NCBI GenBank assembly: GCA_948433085.1
Contig: CAOJDP010000003.1
Location: 5,787 to 69,786, forward strand
DNA: 64,000 nucleotides
Direction of reading: 5' to 3'
DNA from: an uncultured Bacillales bacterium
Lineage (GTDB): Bacteria > Bacillota_I > Bacilli_A > RF39 > UBA660
In this document: positions 1 to 9,305 of the stretch, piece after piece
Layout: each line of letters opens with the position of its first letter
How positions within the stretch are numbered: the stretch's first letter is position 1
Notes under the pieces: model-generated
The model's input: only the letters and a program-made list of their open reading frames with translations
The model's database searches: none
Told to the model about the DNA's origin: nothing
Program-made: the position numbers and the translations under genes

Positions 1-1
1 A

Positions 2-2143
2 CTTGGAAATTATTATTTAACCATAGAAAAGGCTGCACTTCCAGGGGAAGGAAGAGTATTTAAAAATACCAATGAAGCTTTAATGGCATATGAAAGAAGA
101 GAAGTTACACTTCATACTCGTATTGCTTTACCAATAAAAGGATTTAGACATAAAATATTTCCAGATACCTATGCAGATAAATATTTAGTAACAACACCAG
201 GTAAAATTATTTTCAACGAAATTTTCCCTGATACATTCCAATATATCAATGAAGGAACTGATGAAAATATAGAGGGAATTACACCTAAGAAATACTTGAT
301 TGATCAAGGATTGAATATCCCAGAAGAAATTGCTAAAATGCCACTTGTAAGGCCGTTTAATAAAGGTGTATTTAGTAAATTAATTGCACAAATTTATAAG
401 AGATATCAAACAACTGAAACATCAATTATGTTGGATAAATTAAAAGACTTAGGTTTTAAATATTCTACATTATCTGGAATCTCTATTTCAATCGATGATA
501 TCAAAGAGAGTGAGAAGAAAGATGAAATTGTTGCGAAATGTCAAGCAATGGTAGATCAAGTGAATAAGCAATTCAAGCGTGGATTGATTACAGATGACGA
601 ACGTTATAATAAAGTAATTGAAATTTGGTCAAATGCGAAAACAGAAGTTTCAAAAGACTTAGAAGAATGGGTAAAAAATAATAGAGAGAACTCAGTTTCT
701 ATGATGATTGATTCTAAAGCACGTGGAGATATAGGGTCTTTAACACAATTAGTTGGTATGAGAGGTCTTTTTAGTAAACCAAATGGTAAATCAGAAGAAA
801 TACCAGTATTATCGAACTTTAGTGAAGGGGTAACCATCAGTGAGTTCTTCTTATCAACCCATGGTGCTAGAAAAGGTGCAGTTGATACGGCTTTAAAAAC
901 AGCAGATGCTGGATACTTAACTAGACGTTTGGTAGATGTAGCGCAAGATATTATTGTCAAAGAAAATGATTGTGGTACAGAACAAGGTGTTGTTGTAGAA
1001 GCTTTCTATAATACAGATGGGACTTTAATAGAGTCATTACAAGATCGTATTGTTGGCCGTTATACCAATAAGAAAGTTATTCATCCAGAAACAAAAGAAG
1101 TGATTGCAGAACGTAATACTTATATTACAGAACAATTGGCAGATAAAATTATAAATGCAGGTATTACCAAAGTACCAATTCGTACAGTACTTACCTGTAA
1201 AAATGATCATGGCGTATGTCGTTACTGTTATGGTCGTAATTTAGCAACAGGTCAAATCGTAGAGATTGGTGAAGCAGTAGGAATTATGGCTGCACAATCG
1301 ATTGGAGAGCCTGGTACACAATTAACTATGCGTACATTCAACACAGGTGGAGTTGCTGGTGGAGATGATATTACACAAGGTCTTCCTCGTGTACAAGAAT
1401 TGTTTGAAGCACGTAATCCAAAAGGAAAAGCCACCATTTCTGAAATTAATGGTGTTGTAAAAGAGATTGAAGAAGAAAATGGAAAGTTTGTAATTTCTGT
1501 TCAAAATGATGCAGAGACAAAGAAACATACATCTAATTATGGCTCTAAACTTGCAGTTGAAAAGGGAGAAGAAGTGGTGTCAGGACAACGTTTAACACAT
1601 GGTGCGATTAGTCCAAAAGAATTATTGGTTGTAACAGATCCAATTACAGTACAACAATATATTTTATTAGAAATTCAAAAAGTTTACCGTTCTCAAGGTG
1701 TTGATGTAAGTGATAAACACGTTGAGGTAATGGCAAAACGTATGATTTCTCGTATTAAAATTGTAAATTCTGGTGATTCTTTATTCTTGCCAGGAACTAT
1801 GGTAAATATCAATGAATTTACAGAGGTAAATAAAAACTTAATTCTTGAAGGAAAACGTCCTGCTACTGGTAGACCTGTATTACTAGGAATTACGAAAGCA
1901 TCTTTAGAAACAGATTCCTTCTTATCAGCGGCATCTTTCCAAGAGACAACTCGTATTTTAACAGATGCTGCAATTCATGGTAAAGTTGATCATTTAAATG
2001 GATTAAAGGAAAATGTCATTATCGGTAAATTGATTCCTGCAGGAACAGGTGCAAAAGAATATCGTGATGTAGATTATAAACTAGAAGTACCTTATACAAA
2101 GGATGAACCACTAGAAGCATTAGAGCAAGAATTAATGGATTAG
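2..2143 (+). CDS. rpoC: DNA-directed RNA polymerase beta-prime subunit, 3' portion (5' end lies outside the window)
   Basis: The open frame runs from nt 2 with no stop (LGNYYLTIEKAALPGEGRVF...). The translation carries conserved beta-prime C-terminal regions (NADFDGD-distal trigger loop/bridge helix context, ...GLITDDERYNKVIEIW..., AAQSIGEPGTQLTMRTFNTGGVAG). Confidence 0.95.
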   Translation, partial: LGNYYLTIEKAALPGEGRVFKNTNEALMAYERREVTLHTRIALPIKGFRHKIFPDTYADKYLVTTPGKIIFNEIFPDTFQYINEGTDENIEGITPKKYLIDQGLNIPEEIAKMPLVRPFNKGVFSKLIAQIYKRYQTTETSIMLDKLKDLGFKYSTLSGISISIDDIKESEKKDEIVAKCQAMVDQVNKQFKRGLITDDERYNKVIEIWSNAKTEVSKDLEEWVKNNRENSVSMMIDSKARGDIGSLTQLVGMRGLFSKPNGKSEEIPVLSNFSEGVTISEFFLSTHGARKGAVDTALKTADAGYLTRRLVDVAQDIIVKENDCGTEQGVVVEAFYNTDGTLIESLQDRIVGRYTNKKVIHPETKEVIAERNTYITEQLADKIINAGITKVPIRTVLTCKNDHGVCRYCYGRNLATGQIVEIGEAVGIMAAQSIGEPGTQLTMRTFNTGGVAGGDDITQGLPRVQELFEARNPKGKATISEINGVVKEIEEENGKFVISVQNDAETKKHTSNYGSKLAVEKGEEVVSGQRLTHGAISPKELLVVTDPITVQQYILLEIQKVYRSQGVDVSDKHVEVMAKRMISRIKIVNSGDSLFLPGTMVNINEFTEVNKNLILEGKRPATGRPVLLGITKASLETDSFLSAASFQETTRILTDAAIHGKVDHLNGLKENVIIGKLIPAGTGAKEYRDVDYKLEVPYTKDEPLEALEQELMD

Positions 2144-2166
2144 ACTTAATAAGTCTTTTTCTTTTT
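2142..2166 (+). terminator. Rho-independent terminator immediately after rpoC
   Basis: Stem AGACTT/AAGTCT (2142-2147 / 2151-2156) with loop AAT, followed by TTTTCTTTTT. It overlaps the rpoC stop codon. Confidence 0.6.
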
Positions 2167-2495
2167 GAATTTAAATTCCAATCAAGTGAGAAGAGAGAAA
2201 TGTGGTTTATGAAATGAAAATTTTGGATATAAAATATTTTCTTTTAAGGTTTGATAGCTAGCGTATTTTTTGAAACCTATTCAAAAATAAAATATACCAA
2301 AATGACTTCTTTAAAAAGTTTTCTTTATGCAGTAAGAATGCTATTATACCTCAAAAGAAAATATTTTTTCCTTTCATTTATAGTAGCTATAAAATTTAAT
2401 TTTGCATTTTCTATATAGGAATGTATTAGTTCTTTTTGGTATTTTATATTTTGAATTCTAAGGATATCACTTAGAATTGACAACATTTTTTTACC

Positions 2496-2525
2496 TTGAC
2501 ATAAATGACACATTTAGAATATAAT
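2496..2525 (+). promoter_or_regulatory. Sigma-A-like promoter for the sensor kinase gene
   Basis: TTGACA (2496-2501), an 18 nt spacer, then TATAAT (2520-2525). A second TTGACA lies 19 nt upstream at 2477. Confidence 0.4.
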
Positions 2526-2556
2526 TTATAGTAGAGATAAAAAGGAGAATTAAAAT

Positions 2557-4608
2557 ATGCTACTGAATATAACAATAGGCAGAGAATGGGCGTTTTGGAC
2601 TGCTTTAATTATGACACTTATACTAGTAATTGTACTTTCATTTACAAAAAAAAGTAAAGAAGGAAACCGTGATAAACTTATTCAAACTTTAATTCGAAAT
2701 TCCGATACAATCTATATGATGTGTGAGCATGATCGAAGAAGTTTAATTTATATTACCCAAAATGTATTTGAAGTATTGGGATTAAAGGAAATACAAGGAA
2801 CACGTTCAGAAACAGATATCATTACAGAAATTTTTCAAGTTCCAGTAGTACAAAATGAATTGAGAAGCTGGAATGGAAATTCTGAATACATTACTCAAAT
2901 GTTTTCTTATCACAATCCTTTATATCAACATACAAGATGGCTTAAAATCAAAATTTATCCTTTTTGGGAAAAAGATGTTCAATATGATGTCATTTTAGTC
3001 TCAGACGTTACACAAGAACATGATCGTCAACATTTACTTGTAACACAAACAAAAGATATCAAAGCAAGAGAACAACAACTCAATCAAATTACATCTATTT
3101 CATATGATATGGAAATGAATATTGACTTATTATCAGGTGAAATGGAATATCGTAAGTTAAAAGAGGATGCAATTTATTTGGGAAATCATCAAACGGGAAA
3201 ATTTGAAACAGTATTTCCAGAGATGATTCATCACTATGTAATCGAAGAAGATCGAGAAAAAGTATTAAATATATTTTCATATGAACATTTGAAAGAAATT
3301 ACAGAAGGGGAAGATTTAGAACCTGTATCTGTTCGTTATCGTGTACAAAAAAATGAGGATATGATATGGTTAGAGAGTACAGCTTTCTTTATTGTCAGTC
3401 AGGGAGAAACCAAAGTGACAATTTTAACAAAAAATGTAACAGAAGATGCTGAATATATGCGTAGGCAAAACACAATGTTACAAAATGCGTTAAAGGAAGC
3501 AGAAAAAGCCAATGCTTCTAAATCTGAATTTTTAGCCGTAATGTCTCATGAAATTAGAACACCAATGAATGCAATTATTGGTTTATCAGAATCTGCTTTA
3601 GAAGAAAAACTTTCAACAGTCGTAAGAGAAGACTTAGAAAATATTAATAGTGCAAGTAATAATTTACTTGAAATTATTGACGGTATTTTAGATATATCCA
3701 AAGTGGAAAAAGGTGTTTTAGAATTACAAGAAAAGGAATACAATGTTGCTAAACTCTTAAAAGATGTAATCAATGTAGGAAAAGAAAGAGTTGGTAAGAA
3801 AAAAATTAGAATTGAAACAGAGATAGATGAGAATATTCCTGTGACAGTATTAGGGGATAGTAGTAAATTAAGACAGATATTGAATAACTTAATGGATAAT
3901 GCAGTCAAATTTACTGATCTTGGAACAGTTACTTTAAAAGCAACAGGAGTAAAGAAAAATTCTAATGTAGTTTTGAAAATTTCTATAGAAGATACAGGTA
4001 TGGGAATGTCGGAAGAAAAATTAGATGAAATTATAGCGCAATCAAATACTTCTAATACAGGTTTATCAATTGTAAAAAAATTAATTGAGCTATTGAAAGG
4101 TGAGTTAGAAGTTGAAAGTGTTGAAGAGACTGGAACTACATTTACTGTAACGATTACACAAAAAGTGATTGATGATAGGCCAATTGGTAATTTAGAGATT
4201 CATAAAACAAGAACAAAAAAAGTAAATCCATTTTCTATTCCAAATAAGAAAGTGCTTATTGTAGATGATAATAAGTTAAATTTAAAAGTAGCCTCTCGCC
4301 TATTGGAACCTTATCAAGTTAAAGTGGAAACAGTTATGAGTGGTCAAGCATGTTTAAATTTAATTGAAAAAAATCAGAAATATGATTTAATTCTATTAGA
4401 TCAAATGATGCCTGAGATGGATGGAATTGAAACTTTAAAAAAATTAAAAGAAAATTCAAAATTTAAAACACCTGTAATTGCTTTAACAGCAGATGCGATT
4501 GTTGGAAAAAAAGAAGAATATCTTGCATCAGGATTTAATGATTACTTACCAAAACCAATTGATAGTAATGAATTGCATAGAATTTTAAAAAAGTATTTGC
4601 AAAAGTAA
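2557..4608 (+). CDS. Hybrid sensor histidine kinase (N-terminal membrane anchor, PAS-like region, HisKA, HATPase_c, C-terminal receiver domain)
   Basis: H-box SHEIRTPMNAIIGLSE; N/G boxes (LMDNAVKFT, EDTGMGM, GLSIVKKLIELLKG); the C-terminal VLIVDDNKLNL...LILLDQMMPEMDG is a REC domain. Confidence 0.85.
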   Translation: MLLNITIGREWAFWTALIMTLILVIVLSFTKKSKEGNRDKLIQTLIRNSDTIYMMCEHDRRSLIYITQNVFEVLGLKEIQGTRSETDIITEIFQVPVVQNELRSWNGNSEYITQMFSYHNPLYQHTRWLKIKIYPFWEKDVQYDVILVSDVTQEHDRQHLLVTQTKDIKAREQQLNQITSISYDMEMNIDLLSGEMEYRKLKEDAIYLGNHQTGKFETVFPEMIHHYVIEEDREKVLNIFSYEHLKEITEGEDLEPVSVRYRVQKNEDMIWLESTAFFIVSQGETKVTILTKNVTEDAEYMRRQNTMLQNALKEAEKANASKSEFLAVMSHEIRTPMNAIIGLSESALEEKLSTVVREDLENINSASNNLLEIIDGILDISKVEKGVLELQEKEYNVAKLLKDVINVGKERVGKKKIRIETEIDENIPVTVLGDSSKLRQILNNLMDNAVKFTDLGTVTLKATGVKKNSNVVLKISIEDTGMGMSEEKLDEIIAQSNTSNTGLSIVKKLIELLKGELEVESVEETGTTFTVTITQKVIDDRPIGNLEIHKTRTKKVNPFSIPNKKVLIVDDNKLNLKVASRLLEPYQVKVETVMSGQACLNLIEKNQKYDLILLDQMMPEMDGIETLKKLKENSKFKTPVIALTADAIVGKKEEYLASGFNDYLPKPIDSNELHRILKKYLQK

Positions 4609-4841
4609 AAAGACAATCACAATTGTGGTTGTACTTTTGCTATAGGTTGAATTATAACAGAGTGAATTGGATAATGAAAGATTTGATATAACAACTTTTC
4701 ATAAAAGTGGAAGATTATGGAATAAGTAAATTACAATTATGGTTGTAGGGGGTAATCAAGTTCATTGAAAAGCAGTATAAGTAAGTGAACAAGTTTATAT
4801 TGATAGATTTATATGGAATTAAAAAGAAGGAGAAAAGTAGA

Positions 4842-5201
4842 ATGAAAGATGTAGAATTATTAAAAAAGAATGGGATTGATGTAGCACATGGTTTAGAATT
4901 ACTTGGAGATATGGAAATGTATGAAGAAACGTTGCAAGATTTCTTAACAGAATCTGAGACTAGAATACCTGATATAAAGAAATATAAAGAACTAGGAGAT
5001 ATGGATAATTATGCGATATTAGTGCATGCTATGAAAAGTGATTCAAAATATTTGGGATTTACTAAATTAGCAAATCTTTCATACAATCATGAAATGGAAA
5101 GTAAAGCTTCTAATATTGAATACATAAATGCACATTATGAGGAATTAATGCAAGAGGTTACCCATATTATTGAGATTGTAAAACAATATTTGAATATTTA
5201 A
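4842..5201 (+). CDS. Hpt (histidine phosphotransfer) domain protein
   Basis: HAMKSDSKYLGF fits the Hpt HxxKG signature. RBS AAGAAGGAGAAAAG lies upstream of ATG 4842; the track ORF starts further upstream at 4785 with no RBS. Confidence 0.6.
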   Translation: MKDVELLKKNGIDVAHGLELLGDMEMYEETLQDFLTESETRIPDIKKYKELGDMDNYAILVHAMKSDSKYLGFTKLANLSYNHEMESKASNIEYINAHYEELMQEVTHIIEIVKQYLNI

Positions 5202-5224
5202 AAATTCCCACAAGGGGAATTTTT
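5202..5224. terminator. Bidirectional hairpin terminator between the convergent Hpt gene and the minus-strand gene
   Basis: Stem AAATTCCC (5202-5209) / GGGAATTT (5215-5222) with a 5 nt loop and T-runs on both strands. Confidence 0.55.
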
Positions 5225-5225
5225 G

Positions 5226-5765
5226 TTATTCAGTTAATGTAAGTTGACCATCACCAACTGGTAGATTTGCGTAATTTGCATCTGTTATATTGAAGTTTCT
5301 AGTATCCGCTTCAGGATTTTCAATTTGTACTGTAGCTGTTGGATTATTCATTGTTGTTTGTTGTACACTATCGTCAAAAGTATGAGAACCATCTGACCCT
5401 GTTTGAATAAAATAAATAGTAGGTGGTGTTGTGCCTCCATGTGGTACAAATGGGAATACTGCGTCGCCATCAACATTTGTTTCAATCATTGCTCCATAAC
5501 GATTTCCACTCGCATCACAACGATAGAAAGTCGCACCTTCTATTGGAACACCAATATCTGTTCCATCATCGGTTACATGCAAAGTTAAAGTTCCATTTGC
5601 TGAAATTGTTAAATTATAAGTGTTTGTACCTGTTGTAATATTTAACTGTTTTGGGTTGATAGATGTATTATCATAGCCTTCTACTTCTGCAAGTACATTA
5701 TAAAGTCCATCAACAATTTCTTTACTTCCTTTTCCATTGGTAATTGGAACTATGTGTTGCGCCAT
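5226..5765 (-). CDS. Hypothetical protein, predicted beta-sandwich (carboxypeptidase-regulatory/Cna-B-like), no signal peptide
   Basis: 179 aa ORF. It is Gly/Thr/Asp-rich (GTLTLHVTDDGTDIGVPIEGATFYRCDASG...DGDAVFPFVP). Its local GC is higher than the window average. It overlaps the upstream gene by 16 nt. Confidence 0.5.
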   Translation of the reverse strand: MAQHIVPITNGKGSKEIVDGLYNVLAEVEGYDNTSINPKQLNITTGTNTYNLTISANGTLTLHVTDDGTDIGVPIEGATFYRCDASGNRYGAMIETNVDGDAVFPFVPHGGTTPPTIYFIQTGSDGSHTFDDSVQQTTMNNPTATVQIENPEADTRNFNITDANYANLPVGDGQLTLTE

Positions 5766-6088
5766 AAATCAATCCTCCCTTCTTTGATTGGCATATTTTC
5801 ATAATGACTATCTGTCAAAATGAATGTAACTGGGCGTATTGCATGATTGGTAAATAAAAAGGGAACTGTATTACAAAGGTGTGAATTAACGAGTACAGGC
5901 TTACATATTTTTCCCCATTTAGACGTAACCACTATGTTGTAAATATTCCATGGTAAATTCACAGTTAAAATTCCATTTTTATTTGTTTGATTTTGATAAA
6001 CTAATTTCTTTTTATCATCATAAATAAAGACTGTACCTCTACAGGATTCTAAGCTTCTTTCATTGAAACATTTTATTTGAAATTGCAT
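5750..6088 (-). CDS. Hypothetical protein, Ig-like/transthyretin-like fold suggested
   Basis: 112 aa ORF (GILTVNLPWNIYNIVVTSKWGKI). It is the upstream partner of a two-gene minus-strand unit. Confidence 0.45.
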   Translation of the reverse strand: MQFQIKCFNERSLESCRGTVFIYDDKKKLVYQNQTNKNGILTVNLPWNIYNIVVTSKWGKICKPVLVNSHLCNTVPFLFTNHAIRPVTFILTDSHYENMPIKEGRIDLWRNT

Positions 6089-6330
6089 TTAATCACCTCA
6101 GTCACTTGCTTTATTCTATTTTTAGAACAAGCTAATATAGTGTATGAATAGAAACACTTTATGGAAAGGCTAATACATTGCAAAAAAATATTTTTATATA
6201 ACATTCGATAGGACAAAATAGAAATCTGTATAATTGTTCCAAAAAATAAGTTAAAAAAACATTGAAATAATATAGATATTTTATTTGAAAATTCGGGATT
6301 TAATAAAACTGATTTTTTTAAGCTCCCATC

Positions 6331-6359
6331 TTGAACAAACGTTCGATATATGTTATACT
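6331..6359 (+). promoter_or_regulatory. uvrA promoter overlapped by a Cheo/LexA (DinR) SOS box
   Basis: -35 TTGAAC (6331-6336), 17 nt spacer, -10 TATACT (6354-6359). The Cheo box tGAACaaacGTTCg sits at 6332-6345 and matches GAAC-N4-GTTC. Confidence 0.55.
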
Positions 6360-6428
6360 AGGTATGTCAAAAAAAGGAATAAAATTGAATTCCTATGGTA
6401 TAATAAAAAACAATTGAGGTGAAAATAT

Positions 6429-9248
6429 ATGGATAAAATTATAGTAAAGGGAGCAAGAGAAAATAATTTAAAAAATATTTCCATTGAACTTCCTAAAAAT
6501 AAATTAATCGTTATGACAGGTGTATCAGGAAGCGGTAAAAGTAGTTTAGCATTTGATACTATATATGCAGAAGGGCAGCGAAGATATGTTGAAAGTCTAA
6601 GTGCTTATGCAAGACAATTTTTAGGTGGAAGTGAAAAACCAGATGTAGATAGTATTGAGGGATTATCGCCATCTATCAGTATTGATCAAAAAACGACCAA
6701 TAAAAATCCCCGTAGTACAGTTGGAACAGTAACAGAAATTTATGATTATTTTAGATTGCTATATGCAAGAATAGGAATTCCTTATTGCCCTGTCCATCAT
6801 AGACCAATCACTAGCCAGAGCATTGAAGAAATGGTTAATCAAATTATGAATTTAGAAGTGGGTACTAAAATTAGAGTTTTAAGTCCAATTGTACATGGAG
6901 AAAAAGGAACTCATAAAGATACTTTAGAACGTCTCAAAAAAGACGGTTATGTGCGTATTCGAATTGACAATGAAGAATATGATTTAAATGATGCCATTGA
7001 ACTTGAAAAAAATAAAAAACATAATCTTGCAGTTATTATCGATCGTTTGATTATGAAAGATGAAATCAGGAGTCGTTTATATGAATCAATCGAAATTGCC
7101 TCTAAACTTTCCAAAGGAAAAGTTGTCATTGATGTCATTGGTGGAGAAGAAATTGTTATGAGTGAATCTTACGCCTGCCCAGATTGTGACTTTTCATTAC
7201 CTGAGCTAGAGCCTAGAATGTTTTCATTCAATGCACCTTATGGAGCTTGTTCTGATTGTAAAGGATTAGGAATTAAATATAAGTTAGATGAAGATTTGAT
7301 CATACCAGATAAAAATATAAGTATTCATCAAGGTGCAATTAAAGCAATTAATATTGATGATACTTATAATATTACTTATACAGAATTAAACACTGTTTGT
7401 GATTTTTATCATATTGATATGGATTGTCCCATTAAAGAATTGAAACGAGAAGCATTGGATATTATTTTATATGGTTCTAAAGATATTTTAGAATTTCATT
7501 ACACATCAAAAACAGGAAATACAAGAAAAACAAAAAACTATTATGAAGGGATTATTACGAATTTAGAACGACGCTATATTGAAACAAAAAGTGCATGGAG
7601 TAGAGAATGGATAGAACAATATATGACAGAATCAGTATGTCCAACTTGTAAGGGTGCAAGATTAGATGCTTCTGTATTATCTGTTTTGGTTGGAGGCAAA
7701 AATATTTATGAAATGACACTTATGAGTATTGGCGATTTATATAAGTTTTTTCAAAATTTAAAATTAAGTAAAGAACAAACAGAAATTTCTAATCTAATTG
7801 TGAAAGAAATTAATTCTCGATTACAATTTTTAACTAATGTTGGACTTTCATATTTAACATTAGCGAGAAATGCAGGAACATTATCAGGAGGAGAAGCACA
7901 GCGAATTCGTTTGGCTACACAAATTGGTTCTCGTTTAACAGGTGTATTATATGTTTTAGATGAACCTAGTATTGGTTTACATCAAAGGGATAATCAAAGA
8001 TTGATTCATTCCCTACTCGAAATGAGGGATTTAGGAAATACTTTAATTGTTGTAGAACATGATACCGATACAATGTTAGCATGTGATTATTTAGTAGATA
8101 TTGGCCCTGGAGCAGGTTTGCATGGAGGACAAGTTATGGCAGAAGGTACTCCAGAAGAAGTGATGAAAAATCCAAATAGTTTAACAGGCAAATATTTATC
8201 AGGTAAAGAAGAAATAGAAATTCCTCTCAAGAGAAGAAAAGGCAATAAAAAGTTTTTAGAAGTAAAAGGCGCAACAGAAAATAATTTAAAAAACATTAAT
8301 GTTAAAATTCCATTAGGGACACTTACTTGTGTAACAGGAGTATCTGGAAGTGGGAAATCTACATTAGTGAATGAAATTTTATATAAAGTGGTTTCTAATA
8401 ATTTATATCGTGTGAAAGAAAAACCAGGCGCACATAAAGCAGTAAAAGGATTAGAACATATTGATAAAGTGATTGATATTTCGCAAACTCCAATTGGAAG
8501 AACTCCAAGAAGTAATCCTGCAACTTATACGGGTGTATTTGATGAAATTAGAGATGTATTTACAGAAACCAAAGAAGCCAAATTAAGAGGGTATGACAAG
8601 AGTAGGTTTTCATTTAATGTCAAAGGAGGACGTTGTGAAGCTTGCTGGGGAGATGGCGTAAAAAAAATTGAAATGCACTTTTTACCAGATGTTTATGTTC
8701 CCTGCGAAGTTTGTGGTGGAACAAGATACAATAAGGAAACTTTGGAGATTAAATACAAAGGGAAAAACATTTATGATGTATTAGAAATGCGGGTAGAAGA
8801 AGCACTAGATTTTTTTGAAAATTTTCCTAAAATCAAAAGTAAATTACAAATGCTATCTGATGTAGGTTTGTCTTATATTAAACTCGGCCAAGGGTCTCCA
8901 ACATTGTCAGGAGGAGAAGCAGGTAGAGTAAAGCTTGCCAAAGAGTTGCAGAAAAAGCCAACAGGAAAGAGTTTATTTATTTTAGATGAACCAACAACAG
9001 GGCTCCATAGTGATGATATAAAAAAATTGCTTGTGATTTTAAATCGTATTGTTGATAATGGAGACACAGTACTAGTTATTGAACATAATTTAGATGTTAT
9101 TAAGGTAGCAGATTATATTATTGATTTAGGTCCTGAAGGTGGAGATGGAGGCGGTACTATAATAGCGACTGGAACTCCAGAAGAAGTATCTAATGTAGAG
9201 TCTAGTTATACAGGTCAGTTTTTAAAGCAATTATTGGATAAGAAATAA
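6429..9248 (+). CDS. uvrA: Excinuclease ABC subunit A
   Basis: 939 aa. Two ABC ATPase modules (GVSGSGKSSLAFDT; GVSGSGKSTLVNE), LSGGEAQR/LSGGEAGR signatures, and the zinc-finger cysteines CPDCDF / CSDC and CEAC / CEVC. Confidence 0.97.
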   Translation: MDKIIVKGARENNLKNISIELPKNKLIVMTGVSGSGKSSLAFDTIYAEGQRRYVESLSAYARQFLGGSEKPDVDSIEGLSPSISIDQKTTNKNPRSTVGTVTEIYDYFRLLYARIGIPYCPVHHRPITSQSIEEMVNQIMNLEVGTKIRVLSPIVHGEKGTHKDTLERLKKDGYVRIRIDNEEYDLNDAIELEKNKKHNLAVIIDRLIMKDEIRSRLYESIEIASKLSKGKVVIDVIGGEEIVMSESYACPDCDFSLPELEPRMFSFNAPYGACSDCKGLGIKYKLDEDLIIPDKNISIHQGAIKAINIDDTYNITYTELNTVCDFYHIDMDCPIKELKREALDIILYGSKDILEFHYTSKTGNTRKTKNYYEGIITNLERRYIETKSAWSREWIEQYMTESVCPTCKGARLDASVLSVLVGGKNIYEMTLMSIGDLYKFFQNLKLSKEQTEISNLIVKEINSRLQFLTNVGLSYLTLARNAGTLSGGEAQRIRLATQIGSRLTGVLYVLDEPSIGLHQRDNQRLIHSLLEMRDLGNTLIVVEHDTDTMLACDYLVDIGPGAGLHGGQVMAEGTPEEVMKNPNSLTGKYLSGKEEIEIPLKRRKGNKKFLEVKGATENNLKNINVKIPLGTLTCVTGVSGSGKSTLVNEILYKVVSNNLYRVKEKPGAHKAVKGLEHIDKVIDISQTPIGRTPRSNPATYTGVFDEIRDVFTETKEAKLRGYDKSRFSFNVKGGRCEACWGDGVKKIEMHFLPDVYVPCEVCGGTRYNKETLEIKYKGKNIYDVLEMRVEEALDFFENFPKIKSKLQMLSDVGLSYIKLGQGSPTLSGGEAGRVKLAKELQKKPTGKSLFILDEPTTGLHSDDIKKLLVILNRIVDNGDTVLVIEHNLDVIKVADYIIDLGPEGGDGGGTIIATGTPEEVSNVESSYTGQFLKQLLDKK

Positions 9249-9305
9249 GATGAAAAAAGGAAATCAAGATCTTTTTCACTAAGATGAAGGTGAGGAGGTT
9301 AAGAT

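Noticed and set aside
604-1528. Three minus-strand ORFs (604-960, 1252-1437, 1322-1528) inside rpoC
   Set aside because: They are fully antisense to a highly conserved, clearly coding rpoC frame, have no RBS, and have low-complexity translations. Judged to be shadow ORFs.
2325-2513. 62-aa minus-strand ORF in the rpoC-kinase spacer
   Set aside because: It lies across the predicted kinase promoter, has no RBS, and has an AT-rich junk translation.
3095-3908. Minus-strand ORFs 3095-3280 and 3546-3908 within the sensor kinase gene
   Set aside because: They are antisense to well-supported HisKA/HATPase coding sequence. Their hydrophobic, low-complexity translations are typical of reverse-frame artefacts in AT-rich DNA.
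5403-5638. Two + strand ORFs (61 and 71 aa) overlapping the minus-strand 179-aa gene
   Set aside because: Antisense to the longer ORF, which has the more protein-like composition. His/Leu-rich junk, no RBS.
6947-9067. Three minus-strand ORFs inside uvrA
   Set aside because: Antisense to unambiguous UvrA coding sequence.
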